A stretch of DNA of 64,000 bases from a virus (IMGVR_UViG_3300045283_000397:26565-90564); one strand, 5' to 3'; shown: positions 1 to 9,148, counted from the first letter of the stretch. Numbers and translations are program-made. Notes: generated by a model not told the origin, from the letters alone.

Positions 1-164
1 TTCGTGGAGAGCGGGTCATCCTCATAGGTAGTCATCCAAGCGATCTTGATATTGATACCGACCATCGAACTATCGATCTCGCCGCCCAACGGTGCAGCCA
101 GACCCAGCGTGGGCGCGGCCACCGACATGGCGATAGCGTTACGGCGCGTGAACTTATTGGTCAT
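1..164 (-). CDS. Hypothetical protein (partial, runs off the window) with twin-arginine-like N-terminus
   Basis: ATG at 164 overlaps the stop of 161..496; translates MTNKFTRRNAIAMSVAAPTLGLAA. Confidence 0.45.
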   Translation of the reverse strand, partial: MTNKFTRRNAIAMSVAAPTLGLAAPLGGEIDSSMVGINIKIAWMTTYEDDPLST

Positions 165-496
165 GCTGCGGCCTCGTGGGCGGCCTGACCCGCGCGTGCA
201 AAGTCAGGGGCTTTATCGAAGATTTCAGTGGCCATGTCAGCATAGCCGCGTTCAGAAAGCAGATTCACTGTATATTTCTGACAATCACGAAATCCCTGCG
301 CATAGGCATTGCGCGCGGCGGCCGGGGTGGCCTCCTGCTTGAGGGCTTCGATCTCGGCAGCCATGGCGCGGCGTTCGGTGGCAAGGGCTTCGATAAGGTC
401 GGCTATCGCGGCCGGGGCATAGTCGGCGGTGATAATGCCCGAGCGCAGGCGCGCGGCGATGGCGGCGAGGGCGTGGGGGGCAGTGCTAAGCGTCAT
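161..496 (-). CDS. Hypothetical phage protein
   Basis: ORF coupled to neighbours, same strand as terL. Confidence 0.6.
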   Translation of the reverse strand: MTLSTAPHALAAIAARLRSGIITADYAPAAIADLIEALATERRAMAAEIEALKQEATPAAARNAYAQGFRDCQKYTVNLLSERGYADMATEIFDKAPDFARAGQAAHEAAA

Positions 497-1100
497 TGGG
501 CACCAGCAAACCGTTGCGCGCGATATAGTCGGGTTTGCGCGGCTCCCTGGACTTGTGCTCGAATTCGGCGATCTCGTTCTCGGTCATTTCCTCGGCGTCG
601 CAGGGCAGTAAGATACCGCCCAAGCGAGGGTCGCAGCAATGCTTCAATCCCGCGCTGCGGCCATAAGGATAGCCAAGGCGTGCTGCTTCACGATGATGAT
701 GCTTGCACCACCAGCGTGTTGGCTGTCCGTAACGCGGATCGTCCGAGCCGTCCAAAACATCCTCGGCTAAACTATATTCAGTGCGCAAAATTTCTCTTTC
801 CAGGTAATCCACCACGGCGCGTTCACCTGCTAGCTCTGGCTCTACCTGCGCTATCTCGCGCGCGAATTGCTGGGCACGGACCGCATATACCGGCGCGATT
901 GCGGGCGCCGCGCCAAAACGATTGCGCATCGTCGTCAAGGCAATCTCATATAGATTTAGAGACGGCCCAGCCGCGGCCGGCTGCTGACCCTCAACGCCAA
1001 ATCCAAAAGGTCCCCACCATCTCATCGTATGCGGGTCCCGGTCATGCGCTTGCCCCTGCGCTCGTGCGCGTCCCACATATCGCGAAGTGTCACGGTGCAA
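486..1100 (-). CDS. Hypothetical protein with Cys/His-rich C-terminus (true start probably near 1025)
   Basis: ORF directly downstream of terL; WWCKHH...HCC...PC. Confidence 0.5.
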   Translation of the reverse strand: MHRDTSRYVGRARAQGQAHDRDPHTMRWWGPFGFGVEGQQPAAAGPSLNLYEIALTTMRNRFGAAPAIAPVYAVRAQQFAREIAQVEPELAGERAVVDYLEREILRTEYSLAEDVLDGSDDPRYGQPTRWWCKHHHREAARLGYPYGRSAGLKHCCDPRLGGILLPCDAEEMTENEIAEFEHKSREPRKPDYIARNGLLVPNDA

Positions 1101-2530
1101 ACCTCGGGATTGGTCGAGAGTATCTTATCGGGCTCGGTGGGTGCGGGCGGACGGCCGGGGATCATGCGGTCGATTACCTGGCCGATTAATCCGAGAGCAT
1201 CAACCTGATCATCGTTTCTGCCCACCGGGAAGGCCAGGAGCTCCTGGCGGAAGTCGGGGTACCAAGCGGCTTGGGCAGGTACATAGAGGCCGCGCGTGGC
1301 CGCTCGCCCGCGAATGGATTGCGCGCGGATGGCCTTGTCGCTCCGCGTAGGGAATTGCGCGCGCACCACGTTGATACGGCGCTCGAGCAAGCGCTTATGC
1401 AGGAACGGGCCCACGCCCGACTTGATCTGGCCGCTTTCTTCCGCCCAGCCCGCGGGCTTCCATTTGTCCATCATGTCGCACTGGGTCTCCACCCAGATGT
1501 CAGAGCTCGTGCGCGCGCGCCAGAGGTCCAGCACGTAGATGCGCTCCTCCGGGTCCACGCCCACCACGATGTGGCAGGTGTAGTCGCCGCCGTCGGACGT
1601 GACGGCATAATCCGAGGCGCCGTAGACGTGGAGCGTGTCGCGTGCCGGGGGGTCCACGTAGGGGCGCAGCCAATCGGCCGAGAAGTAGATGCCCTGGTCG
1701 GGGGTGGGGTTCTGCTGGTAGAGCGCGGACCAATCGGCAGCTTGGGTATTGGCACGAATGCGCTCCAAGGCCCTGAGATCATACTTCTCGGGCCAGAGAG
1801 CGCGGCCATCATCATCGATGGCCTTGAGCTCGACAACCTCCCAGCGGTCGCCGCCCGCGGCCTGCTGGTCCAGCAGCATTCCCGAGAGGTCCTGCTCGTG
1901 CATGCGGTGGTTGATGAGCACAATGGCGCCGCGCTCTTCGAGACGGTTGTAGGCGGTGCCCGAGAACCACGTCATTACCGCCTTGCGCTCAGCCTCGGAC
2001 CGGGCGTCGGCCATGGACCCGAAGGGATCGTCGATGAGCAGCACGTGGGCGCCGCGGCCCATGATGTCGGAGCCTATGCCCACCGCGTAGTAGCTACCGC
2101 CTTGCTCGGTATTCCAGCGGCCCTTGGCCTGGCTGTCGCCGCTCAGACGTGTTTGAAAAAGTCGAGCGTACTCGGGTGAGCCCACGAGATTCCGCACATC
2201 GCGTCCAAAATCCTCCGCGAGCGGTCCGGAGGCAGAAGCGCTAATGAATTGTCTATGAGGGTAATGGCCGAGGTAGAAGGCCGGGAAGCGCCGGCTGGCG
2301 AGCTCGGACTTGCCATGCCGGGGGGGCACGAGGAGCATGAGGCGGTCGGTCTGACCACGAAGGATCCTTTCGAGCTGGGCGGCGATTTGGCGGTGGAAAG
2401 ACGCGGTTTGATAGCGAGGGTAAGTGTACTCGGTAAATTCAATGAGTGAAACGCGTGCCGCGCGGCGGCGCAGCAGCTCGCTCGCTGCGCTCGGGGGCGG
2501 CACTGCGTACGATGGCTGCGAGCTCCTCAT
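1022..2530 (-). CDS. terL: Terminase large subunit (Terminase_6 type)
   Basis: Walker A VPPRHGKS, Walker B LLIDDP, ALYQQNP motif, nuclease ASDYA...DYT and FPVGRNDDQVDA. Confidence 0.95.
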   Translation of the reverse strand: MRSSQPSYAVPPPSAASELLRRRAARVSLIEFTEYTYPRYQTASFHRQIAAQLERILRGQTDRLMLLVPPRHGKSELASRRFPAFYLGHYPHRQFISASASGPLAEDFGRDVRNLVGSPEYARLFQTRLSGDSQAKGRWNTEQGGSYYAVGIGSDIMGRGAHVLLIDDPFGSMADARSEAERKAVMTWFSGTAYNRLEERGAIVLINHRMHEQDLSGMLLDQQAAGGDRWEVVELKAIDDDGRALWPEKYDLRALERIRANTQAADWSALYQQNPTPDQGIYFSADWLRPYVDPPARDTLHVYGASDYAVTSDGGDYTCHIVVGVDPEERIYVLDLWRARTSSDIWVETQCDMMDKWKPAGWAEESGQIKSGVGPFLHKRLLERRINVVRAQFPTRSDKAIRAQSIRGRAATRGLYVPAQAAWYPDFRQELLAFPVGRNDDQVDALGLIGQVIDRMIPGRPPAPTEPDKILSTNPEVCTVTLRDMWDAHERRGKRMTGTRIR

Positions 2531-2945
2531 CCGTCAATTCCCTGGCGTCGGCGCGCCGTATGGTGTGGTCTACCTCGGTGCGGCTACGCCACAACTCGGG
2601 CTGGCGGTTCTCCAGCCAATACTGCGCGGCAGAAGGCTCTGCCGGCACGTGGCGCGTCTTGGTGGCCTGGACCAGTGTGCCATCCTTGCGGGTGTAGGAG
2701 TAGGGCTCCTCCACGTCGTAGCCGGTGGCGCGCCGGTAGAGCGCCATGGTCACGCGCTGGTCGGCCATCTGGCCGCCGACTTGGATTGCTCGGCGGAAAT
2801 CGTCGTGGCAGCAAGCCCAGAGCTGGATCTGGGCGAGGCTCACGGCGAAGTGCTTGGCGAGCTCGACCTCGCTGGCGCCGTTGGCGCAGAGCTGCTCGGC
2901 TGCGGCCGCGTAGGCGGGGTCGTACGGCTTGCAGGCGTCACTCAT
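2439..2945 (-). CDS. terS: Terminase small subunit
   Basis: N-terminal HTH, ALYRRATGY and AAQYWLENRQPELWR motifs, C-terminal ELTDEEL; immediately upstream of terL. Confidence 0.85.
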   Translation of the reverse strand: MSDACKPYDPAYAAAAEQLCANGASEVELAKHFAVSLAQIQLWACCHDDFRRAIQVGGQMADQRVTMALYRRATGYDVEEPYSYTRKDGTLVQATKTRHVPAEPSAAQYWLENRQPELWRSRTEVDHTIRRADARELTDEELAAIVRSAAPERSERAAAPPRGTRFTH

Positions 2946-3463
2946 AGGAACCCATCAATCCCTTGGCGGCGCGCCTCGGCGCCCAGTTCCAGCGCGTTCA
3001 GCTCGCGCCCAGCTGGTTGTAGGCCCTCTCCGCTTACGACACCACCAATGAGCGAACCACTCAACGCCTGCGGCTTAGGGCGCTTGTTCCAGGGCTTGAA
3101 CTTCTTGATAGTGTCAATTGTCGGCCATGTTCCGTCAAAGGTCAAGGCGCGGTCGTCAATTGTGACAAAAGCACTGGGCTTGTGTAGCGGCCACAATATC
3201 GAAGAAAGCTTGTCATCCGATACGGTATCGTGGTCAAATACGCGGTAGAAATGCTGCTCTAACCACCAGCGCATTGCGCTGCGCCCGAACCAATGGTTCG
3301 AACGGGAAGATAAGATGGCTACGGTGAAATGCTCAGTGGCATCCCAAAGAAATTGCATAGCACCCGGCACAGGTGGATCGGGAATGTTGCGCGCGCCCTT
3401 CCACCCGCTCGTATAGCTATGTAGCACGCCATCAAAATCGAGGCACAAAATGGGCTTATTCAT
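2942..3463 (-). CDS. HAD-superfamily phosphatase (nucleotidase/3'-phosphatase-like)
   Basis: LCLDFDGVL (DxD motif I), SSR (II), KP...IDDRA (III/IV). Confidence 0.8.
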   Translation of the reverse strand: MNKPILCLDFDGVLHSYTSGWKGARNIPDPPVPGAMQFLWDATEHFTVAILSSRSNHWFGRSAMRWWLEQHFYRVFDHDTVSDDKLSSILWPLHKPSAFVTIDDRALTFDGTWPTIDTIKKFKPWNKRPKPQALSGSLIGGVVSGEGLQPAGRELNALELGAEARRQGIDGFL

Positions 3464-3464
3464 G

Positions 3465-3761
3465 CTAGTACATCCTGAACCCCCGGGCGATCGGCCCGGG
3501 CTTGCTAAACTTGCGCGGGGCTACCGGCACGAGGTCCTTGCCATCGCGCAAGTCTTCCCACAGCTTCTGCATGGCTCCCTGGCGCGCGCGGCGGCGCTCG
3601 CGCCAGAGCGCCCCGATTACCGCGTTGCGCGTCATGCCGAAGCGCGCGGCTAACGCGGCGATGGGCGTGCCGTTGTCGGCGAGGTCGAGCAGCGCGGCGT
3701 CGCGCGCCTCGTTAGGGCGCTTCACAGGCCACGCTCGATGCGCGCGAGATGATCTTCGCAA
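3465..3761 (-). CDS. GcrA-like HTH transcription regulator
   Basis: GTPIAALAARFGMTRNAVIGALWRE resembles the GcrA N-terminal HTH signature (SRNAVIG). Confidence 0.65.
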   Translation of the reverse strand: MRRSSRAHRAWPVKRPNEARDAALLDLADNGTPIAALAARFGMTRNAVIGALWRERRRARQGAMQKLWEDLRDGKDLVPVAPRKFSKPGPIARGFRMY

Positions 3762-4018
3762 ATGGAAAGAAGACTCTTCATCCGCTCATGGCGGCGCGTC
3801 AAATCCTGAATCAACCCAGCCGAGGTGCCCGGCGCCGAGGCCCCGGGAGAGCCTTCAGTCGGGCGCGGCTCGGACCCATGAACGCGGTCCGAAATGAGAA
3901 GCAGCGCGCTGGCTACCTTGCCCAAGCGGTCCAACTGGCCATCTAAATCGCTCAAGAGCGACGTCAGCGTAGCGGGCGAAGAACCTGTTCCACTTTGGCT
4001 GTTTGCAAACTTATCCAT
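3722..4018 (-). CDS. Hypothetical coiled-coil protein
   Basis: ORF in operon with upstream GGAG-like RBS. Confidence 0.55.
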   Translation of the reverse strand: MDKFANSQSGTGSSPATLTSLLSDLDGQLDRLGKVASALLLISDRVHGSEPRPTEGSPGASAPGTSAGLIQDLTRRHERMKSLLSICEDHLARIERGL

Positions 4019-4352
4019 AGCCGCTCTCCCTTAGTTGTTCCTTGCGCTCGCCCCGGCCGACGTCATCCTCGCCCGTCCTTTGCTTCCAATACCAGCACCA
4101 TGCGGTGGGCGCGATGTCGCCCGCGACCTCGGTGCAGCTGCGCGGGCGGCGGTAGTGCGCGCAAATGCCCGGGCGCCCGGAAGGCCCGCAATGGCGCAGC
4201 GGGTTGCGCGCGGGGTTCTCATAGCCGGCCTCGGCCTTGCTCCGCTTGCCGCGATGCTCGTCGGCTGCGGCGCTAATGGTCGCGCGGAGCGCGACGTTGG
4301 GCGGGGGTTTTGCCCGACTACGCACGCCTTCACCACCGCGATAAAGCGCCAT
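4011..4352 (-). CDS. HiPIP-like four-cysteine Fe-S protein
   Basis: KRSKAEAGY...C(x8)C...C-TEVAGDIAPTAWC-WYW resembles the small HiPIP pattern. Confidence 0.6.
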   Translation of the reverse strand: MALYRGGEGVRSRAKPPPNVALRATISAAADEHRGKRSKAEAGYENPARNPLRHCGPSGRPGICAHYRRPRSCTEVAGDIAPTAWCWYWKQRTGEDDVGRGERKEQLRESGYG

Positions 4353-4354
4353 GG

Positions 4355-4651
4355 CTAGGTGTTGACGGTGGCCTTGAGGTCGCTCACCGCGGCCGGCGCG
4401 GCGGCAGCGATGGTCGCCGTAGCGGTGTTGCTGGGCGCGCTTACGGCTCCGGTCTTGTCTTGCACGATCACGGTGAAGGAATGCTCCCCCGGCGTCAAAT
4501 CGCCGGTGGTAAAGGAGCCCCCGGCACCATCCACCACGCCGATCTCGCGGTCGCCGTTGAAGACCTTGGTGCCCGCGATCTGGTCCGCGGGGAGCGGGGA
4601 GCCATCAGCGCGGGTGGTGGGGGGAGTCCAAGTCAGCGTTGCGGTGGCCAT
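4355..4651 (-). CDS. Small fibronectin type III-like protein (possible virion decoration)
   Basis: MATATLTWTPPTTRADGSPL...LTPGEHSFTVIVQD...SAPSN; ATG at 4651 with GGAG RBS. Confidence 0.7.
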   Translation of the reverse strand: MATATLTWTPPTTRADGSPLPADQIAGTKVFNGDREIGVVDGAGGSFTTGDLTPGEHSFTVIVQDKTGAVSAPSNTATATIAAAAPAAVSDLKATVNT

Positions 4652-4775
4652 GGTGCGGCTCCTATGGTGGCGGACGCGATAGCGGATGCGCAGATCGAGC
4701 AGATAGATGAAGGCGGACGCGGGCGGCGCGCGATGATGGCGATGGGGCCAGAGCCTGATGAACATCGCATCAGGA

Positions 4776-5144
4776 CTATTTGCCACGCTTTCCGACACGG
4801 TGGGCCGATGGGTGCCCCGAGTTCCTAAGCATACCCGAGCGCTGATGCACCCCATAGGAAAATCCGTGGGCATTTTGCGCAGCCGGTGGGCGGAAACTGT
4901 GCGCGCCACCCTCTCCCGATCTTTGGTGATGGGCAGCAAGCCCGAAATTCGGCGTGGCGTGCTGCTGCCCGGCCACCAGCTCGGTATTCTTGCCCTCGCT
5001 GTGGCCCTCGCCATGGGCCATGAGCTCGGGCACCGCGACGCGGTGCGGCGCGGCGATGCCGGTCTTGACGGAACCGCGGCTGGACTTCGGCTGCCGCGCG
5101 TGGCCGGCGCCCTCGCGCGGCTTGGGCTGGGATTTCATGCTCAT
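4776..5144 (-). CDS. Hypothetical basic His/Gly-rich protein
   Basis: ORF coupled (ATGA) to upstream gene. Confidence 0.55.
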   Translation of the reverse strand: MSMKSQPKPREGAGHARQPKSSRGSVKTGIAAPHRVAVPELMAHGEGHSEGKNTELVAGQQHATPNFGLAAHHQRSGEGGAHSFRPPAAQNAHGFSYGVHQRSGMLRNSGHPSAHRVGKRGK

Positions 5145-5326
5145 CGGCGTTTGCCTTTCGGTTTGATGTTGGCCTCGCGCATTGCAATCGCAATCGCCTG
5201 GGGCCGCGAGGTCACCACGGGCCCGCGCTTGCTGCCGCTGTGCAGCTTTCCCTGCTTAAACGAATGAAGCTCCCGCTTCACGACCGCGCGCTTCTGGGCC
5301 TTGGTCTTGGTCGGTCCTACCGGCAT
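5141..5326 (-). CDS. DUF6496-like small basic protein
   Basis: ELHSFKQGKLHSGSKRGPVVTSRPQAIAIAMREA. Confidence 0.75.
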   Translation of the reverse strand: MPVGPTKTKAQKRAVVKRELHSFKQGKLHSGSKRGPVVTSRPQAIAIAMREANIKPKGKRR

Positions 5327-6199
5327 GCTGCAACCTCGTAAGTCCCCGGGCCGTAAAGTATCATCTCGATTTGCTGTAGGACGCGCCCCTCCCACATTTT
5401 CTCATGTATCCAGGCCGGGCGCGACTTGCCCCGGCGCGCGGCAGCGCATGCCAACCTGTGCGCCTCGCTCTGGCGCTTGCCTGTCTTGGCCAAGCTTATC
5501 TTGGCGCGCGACTCGGGCCGGTGTTTGCGCCCAGTCCAATGCGAGCCGTCCCTCTCGAAGCGCCGCTTGGCCGAGGCGCTCATCTTGAGCCGAGCCTCCG
5601 GGGTATGTCCCCAGCCGGTGCGGATACGGCTCATCTTGGCGCGGGTCTCGGTGGACTGGCCCCGGCGCGCGCTGGCCTCGCCGATCGCGGCGCGGTGCTC
5701 CTCACTCAATTTGCGCCCGAGCGAATATTTGTTGCCCCTGCGCTGCTCTGACATGAGCGCGCGGGTCTCGGGGCTATGCCGCATTCCCTCCGCGAACTTA
5801 TTACCAGTCATCAGCTCGCGCATCATCGCGATCCATTCGGGAGTCTGCTTGGTGCCCTTCCGGCTGGAAGCCAAACCCGACTCCCTGAAAGCCACCTGGG
5901 CGCGCGCGTATTGCCAACCGCTGATCACGCGCCTCTTATGCAAATGGCGCTGCCCCATGCGCACCATGGCGTAGTTCATGCGGCGCCTGGCGTCACCCTC
6001 GGTAAATTTGATAAGCAGCCAGTGGACCAGGAAGTGCTCGCGAAAAGTCAAATCAACCAAATTCTCCCGCTTATTGCTGCCGCCCAAGCAGCGCGGGATC
6101 ACGTGATGGCGCTCGGTATACTCGCCCACCGGACCGCGCGCCCTGGCCCTCGCAATCAGGGGTATCATACCAGCGCCGATATTTATTTTCCAAAAACAT
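5317..6199 (-). pseudogene. HNH homing endonuclease with NUMOD3 repeats, apparent +1 frameshift near 6160
   Basis: ERHHVIPRCLGGSN..NLV.LT.REH...H and HSPETRAKMS-type repeats; typical N-terminus MFLENKYRRWYDT is in another frame. Confidence 0.75.
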
Positions 6200-6346
6200 G
6201 CGCGCCTATTTGCTCCTACGCAGCACCTTGCGCGCCGGCTTTTACGGCGCACGATAGCCGCCCACAGGACGGCGCTTGGGGGCCCGCGCCGCACGGTTGC
6301 GCGCGGTGGTCGTGATGATCTCGGGCAGGCCGGGCGCGCCGGGCAT

Positions 6347-6646
6347 CTAGGCCACCGCCGCCGCTTCCGCGGCCACCGCCGCGCGGGCGCGCGCCAGCGC
6401 CTGGCCAAACGTCCAATCGAATGGAAATAGGGACCCCCGCCCGCGCGCGATGACGCCGGGGTCGCGCCCAGCGTAGATGGCCATAATCTCGGGCGGCCAG
6501 CCCATGCGGTCGTGGTCGCCCATCCACTGCGCGATGAGACATCTCCCGCAGTCATGGAAATTGTAGGTCTTGCCCGGGTCGCGCGTCTCCAGCCACGCGA
6601 TGAGGTCATGCACGTCGCGCTTGCGCCATTGCGGATTGTAGAGCAT
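6347..6646 (-). CDS. Hypothetical phage protein (MLYNPQW family)
   Basis: GGAG RBS; LIAWLE...YNF.DC..CLIAQW...WTFGQALARAR. Confidence 0.65.
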   Translation of the reverse strand: MLYNPQWRKRDVHDLIAWLETRDPGKTYNFHDCGRCLIAQWMGDHDRMGWPPEIMAIYAGRDPGVIARGRGSLFPFDWTFGQALARARAAVAAEAAAVA

Positions 6647-6796
6647 CGTTTCAGCTCCCTGTCCAGTAGTGCCAAACGTAGGCGAGCAGCGGCCATCCAA
6701 ATAAAACGAATAAAGTGGCCGCCGCGATGAAGGCCAGCACACCCAGCAGAAGCTCACGCAACGCGAACTTACCCGGCGGCTAGGTGCGATAGACGC

Positions 6797-7060
6797 TCAC
6801 GCGCCGATCACAAGTTCGATGTCGCAAGCCTGCTGGCCGCGCTTGGTGGTCTCCACGCGGAAGCGCACCGGGTCGCCCTCCTTGATCTCGGGCAGCCCGG
6901 CCTTCTTGAGCGCGCTGACGTGCATGAACACGTCGGGCTCGCCCTCGCGCCCGATGAAACCGAAGCCCCTACTCTCGTTATACCATTTAACCTTCCCCTC
7001 CAATTTTGCGCCATTAGCACTAACCGGGGGGGATTGCGCAACTATCGTTCCGTCGCTCAT
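6797..7060 (-). CDS. csp: Cold-shock domain protein
   Basis: GKVKWYNESRGFGFI (RNP1), DVFMHVSAL (RNP2). Confidence 0.9.
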   Translation of the reverse strand: MSDGTIVAQSPPVSANGAKLEGKVKWYNESRGFGFIGREGEPDVFMHVSALKKAGLPEIKEGDPVRFRVETTKRGQQACDIELVIGA

Positions 7061-7169
7061 TTCTCGTCGTCTCCTACGTCTGATCTCGATCCGAACGTTT
7101 AACATCCGGTTCCGATACTTCTCAAGATTCACAGTCCAGACCTCAAGTGGTACAACGAAGGGGATTTGC

Positions 7170-7270
7170 ATAGCCGGGGGCCACCCCAGGTGCGTTTCTG
7201 GGTGCACGCTCATCCTACCTGGATCACGTTATGCACCCCCAGACCAATCCCGGCCTGGAGAATGTTTCTA
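7170..7270 (-). ncRNA. Putative TnpB omega/re-RNA 3' scaffold plus guide (boundaries approximate)
   Basis: Hairpin GGGTGCA...TGCACCC (7200-7238) overlaps the tnpB stop and is followed by AGAAAC; this is the usual omegaRNA position. Confidence 0.45.
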
Positions 7271-8328
7271 GCAGCGTTCCAGTCCCTGTCAATAACTAGC
7301 CCGCACTCAGTGCATGCATGCGTTCGCATAGCTAAGGACTTAAAGACCAGCGCCCCGCAGCCAGAACATTTTTGCGACGTATTCCTCGGATCTACCCTAA
7401 CAAAGTGAACACCGGCCCTTTCAGCCTTGTATTCCAGGTAGCCAAGGAACTTAGCCCATGAAGCATCGGCGATTGAACGCGCTACCGTCGAACAGCGCAT
7501 CATACCATTTATTCTTAAATCTTCAACAGCGACTAAATCTGTGCGCTTAATCAAAGCCGCTGCTTGCTGGTGCAGCCAAGTGGCGCGTGTATTAGATATC
7601 TTACGATATATTCGCGCCACTCTAGCTCGCGCCTTACGGCGGCGATTACTATGACGTCGGCAACGCGCCAAGGCTCGCTGCGCCACACGCATCTTACGTT
7701 CTGCCTTTCGCGCAACACGCGGGTTAGGCAGAACTACCCCATCAGAACAATAAGCAAAGACCTTCAACCCTAAATCAATTCCTAACGCATCAGCCACGGC
7801 GCGCTTAGCTTCGGCATCAATCTCCAACCCAAAACATACAACCCATCCCCGTTCTTCGCGCCTAAGAATACAAGAATATATCCGATGTTTCTTAGGTAAC
7901 GGGCGATGGAAATGAACCCGCAAACCAGTCGCCATTCCCTTAAATCTAATTCTCTTACCAACAAACTGAACTGTAGAGGCCAGCCCAAAGCTATTCCAAC
8001 CGTCTCTTCCTTTAAATCTGGGGAATCCAGCTTTACCCCGTCGAGCCTTTACGCGCCTATAGAAACCTGCAAATGCTTCATCCAAACGCTTCAACGTCCA
8101 GCGCTGTAGCGCAACTGAGAAATTCGCCATTTCAGGCAATTCGCGACGACAAATCGTCAAAGATAAAGTTTGATCAACAAATGTAAGACCCTTCCCAGTC
8201 TTCCGGTAGCAATCAATCCGCTCCTCTAACGCAGCATTGTACAACTGACGCTGAGATTCAAGAATACCCTCTAGCTGCCTATGCTGGCGCTTAGTCGGTA
8301 AGAGGCGATAACGATAAGTAAGAAACAA
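7210..8328 (-). mobile_element. tnpB: IS200/IS605-family RNA-guided nuclease TnpB, no TnpA partner in window
   Basis: HTH_OrfB start (TYRYRLLPT), RuvC GIDLG / VEDL / DRDWNAA intact, Zn finger CSGC...CTEC; lower GC than flanks. Confidence 0.92.
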
Positions 8329-8358
8329 CCGTTACCCCTCCCATTTCCATCGATGCCT

Positions 8359-8367
8359 ATTATAGCA
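8359..8367 (-). promoter_or_regulatory. Extended -10 promoter for tnpB
   Basis: TGCTATAAT about 30 nt upstream of the tnpB start; GGGAGG RBS follows. Confidence 0.6.
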
Positions 8368-8405
8368 CCGAATCCGCGCGTGCGCTAGTCTCCGCGAGAG
8401 GCGAA

Positions 8406-9005
8406 CTAGGCCGCAGGTAAGCTCAACTCCTGCCGCGCCTTGCGCGGCCTCCAGTAGGGTCGCTTGGCCTTCTTCTCGCGCGGCTGGGCCGCCTCCAGCC
8501 ACTCGTCGTCCATGTCGATGGGCACCTGGCGCCCCATCATGCCCAGCAGCACGCGGCAACGCGCCTCGCCCGTGCGCGCATGCCAGATGGCTTCGAAGCC
8601 CTGGTAGGGGCCGCCGGCCACGCGCACTCTCTCGCCGGGGAGGAAGCGCTCCGCGCGCGGCGGGCGCGGGAAATCAATGATGGATTGGCGGTCGGCGCGG
8701 GCCAGCAGATCATCCATTATGGGCTGCGGCACAGTGCCTTGCACCATCGCCACGATGCCGTAGGTCTCGCGCACCTCGCGCCTAGCCGAACCCAACGGGC
8801 ACCACGCGAACACATAGCGCGGGAATGAGGGGACTAGGCGCTCCTGCTTGCGGCCGCGCCGGACGCGGACCTCGAGATGGCGGAAGATGTGGAATGGCAA
8901 CTGCTGGCGCGCAAGGCGCGCCGCGACCTGCGTCTCGGCGCCGGGGGCGGAGACCGCGAGCTTCCAGGTCATGCGCTTTGGCCGGGGCGGTACATGCCCT
9001 AGCAC
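8406..9005 (-). CDS. NusG/RfaH-like transcription antiterminator (start may be 8972)
   Basis: NGN motif PSFPRYVF and KOW FLPGERVRVAGGPYQGFEA. Confidence 0.85.
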   Translation of the reverse strand: MLGHVPPRPKRMTWKLAVSAPGAETQVAARLARQQLPFHIFRHLEVRVRRGRKQERLVPSFPRYVFAWCPLGSARREVRETYGIVAMVQGTVPQPIMDDLLARADRQSIIDFPRPPRAERFLPGERVRVAGGPYQGFEAIWHARTGEARCRVLLGMMGRQVPIDMDDEWLEAAQPREKKAKRPYWRPRKARQELSLPAA

Positions 9006-9036
9006 CCCTAACGGGTAGCCCAGTCCGTACGCAGGC

Positions 9037-9065
9037 AGCTTAGCGCGTTTGCGCGGGCGGGTAAA
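9037..9065 (-). promoter_or_regulatory. sigma70-type promoter TTTACC-N17-TAAGCT
   Basis: Member of a recurring TTTACN-N17 promoter family; upstream of the nusG-like gene. Confidence 0.6.
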
Positions 9066-9077
9066 GGGCTAAGACAG

Positions 9078-9111
9078 GGCGACCCCGGCCCGATGCGGAA
9101 CCGGGGTCGCC
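9078..9111. terminator. Strong GC hairpin (terminator/attenuator-like)
   Basis: Perfect 11-bp stem GGCGACCCCGG/CCGGGGTCGCC; no clear U-tract. Confidence 0.45.
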
Positions 9112-9148
9112 TGCGTTGATCTCACCTTCCGACAGGTGCGAAGGTAAA

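Noticed and set aside
2981-2990. Additional GAACTGGG hits (also near 36922, 50000, 57665)
   Set aside because: They lie inside coding regions, mostly as Glu-Leu-Gly codons, and not at RBS distance from a start; treated as background
7210-8328. Cas12f-type CRISPR effector
   Set aside because: No adjacent repeat-spacer array; architecture is ordinary TnpB
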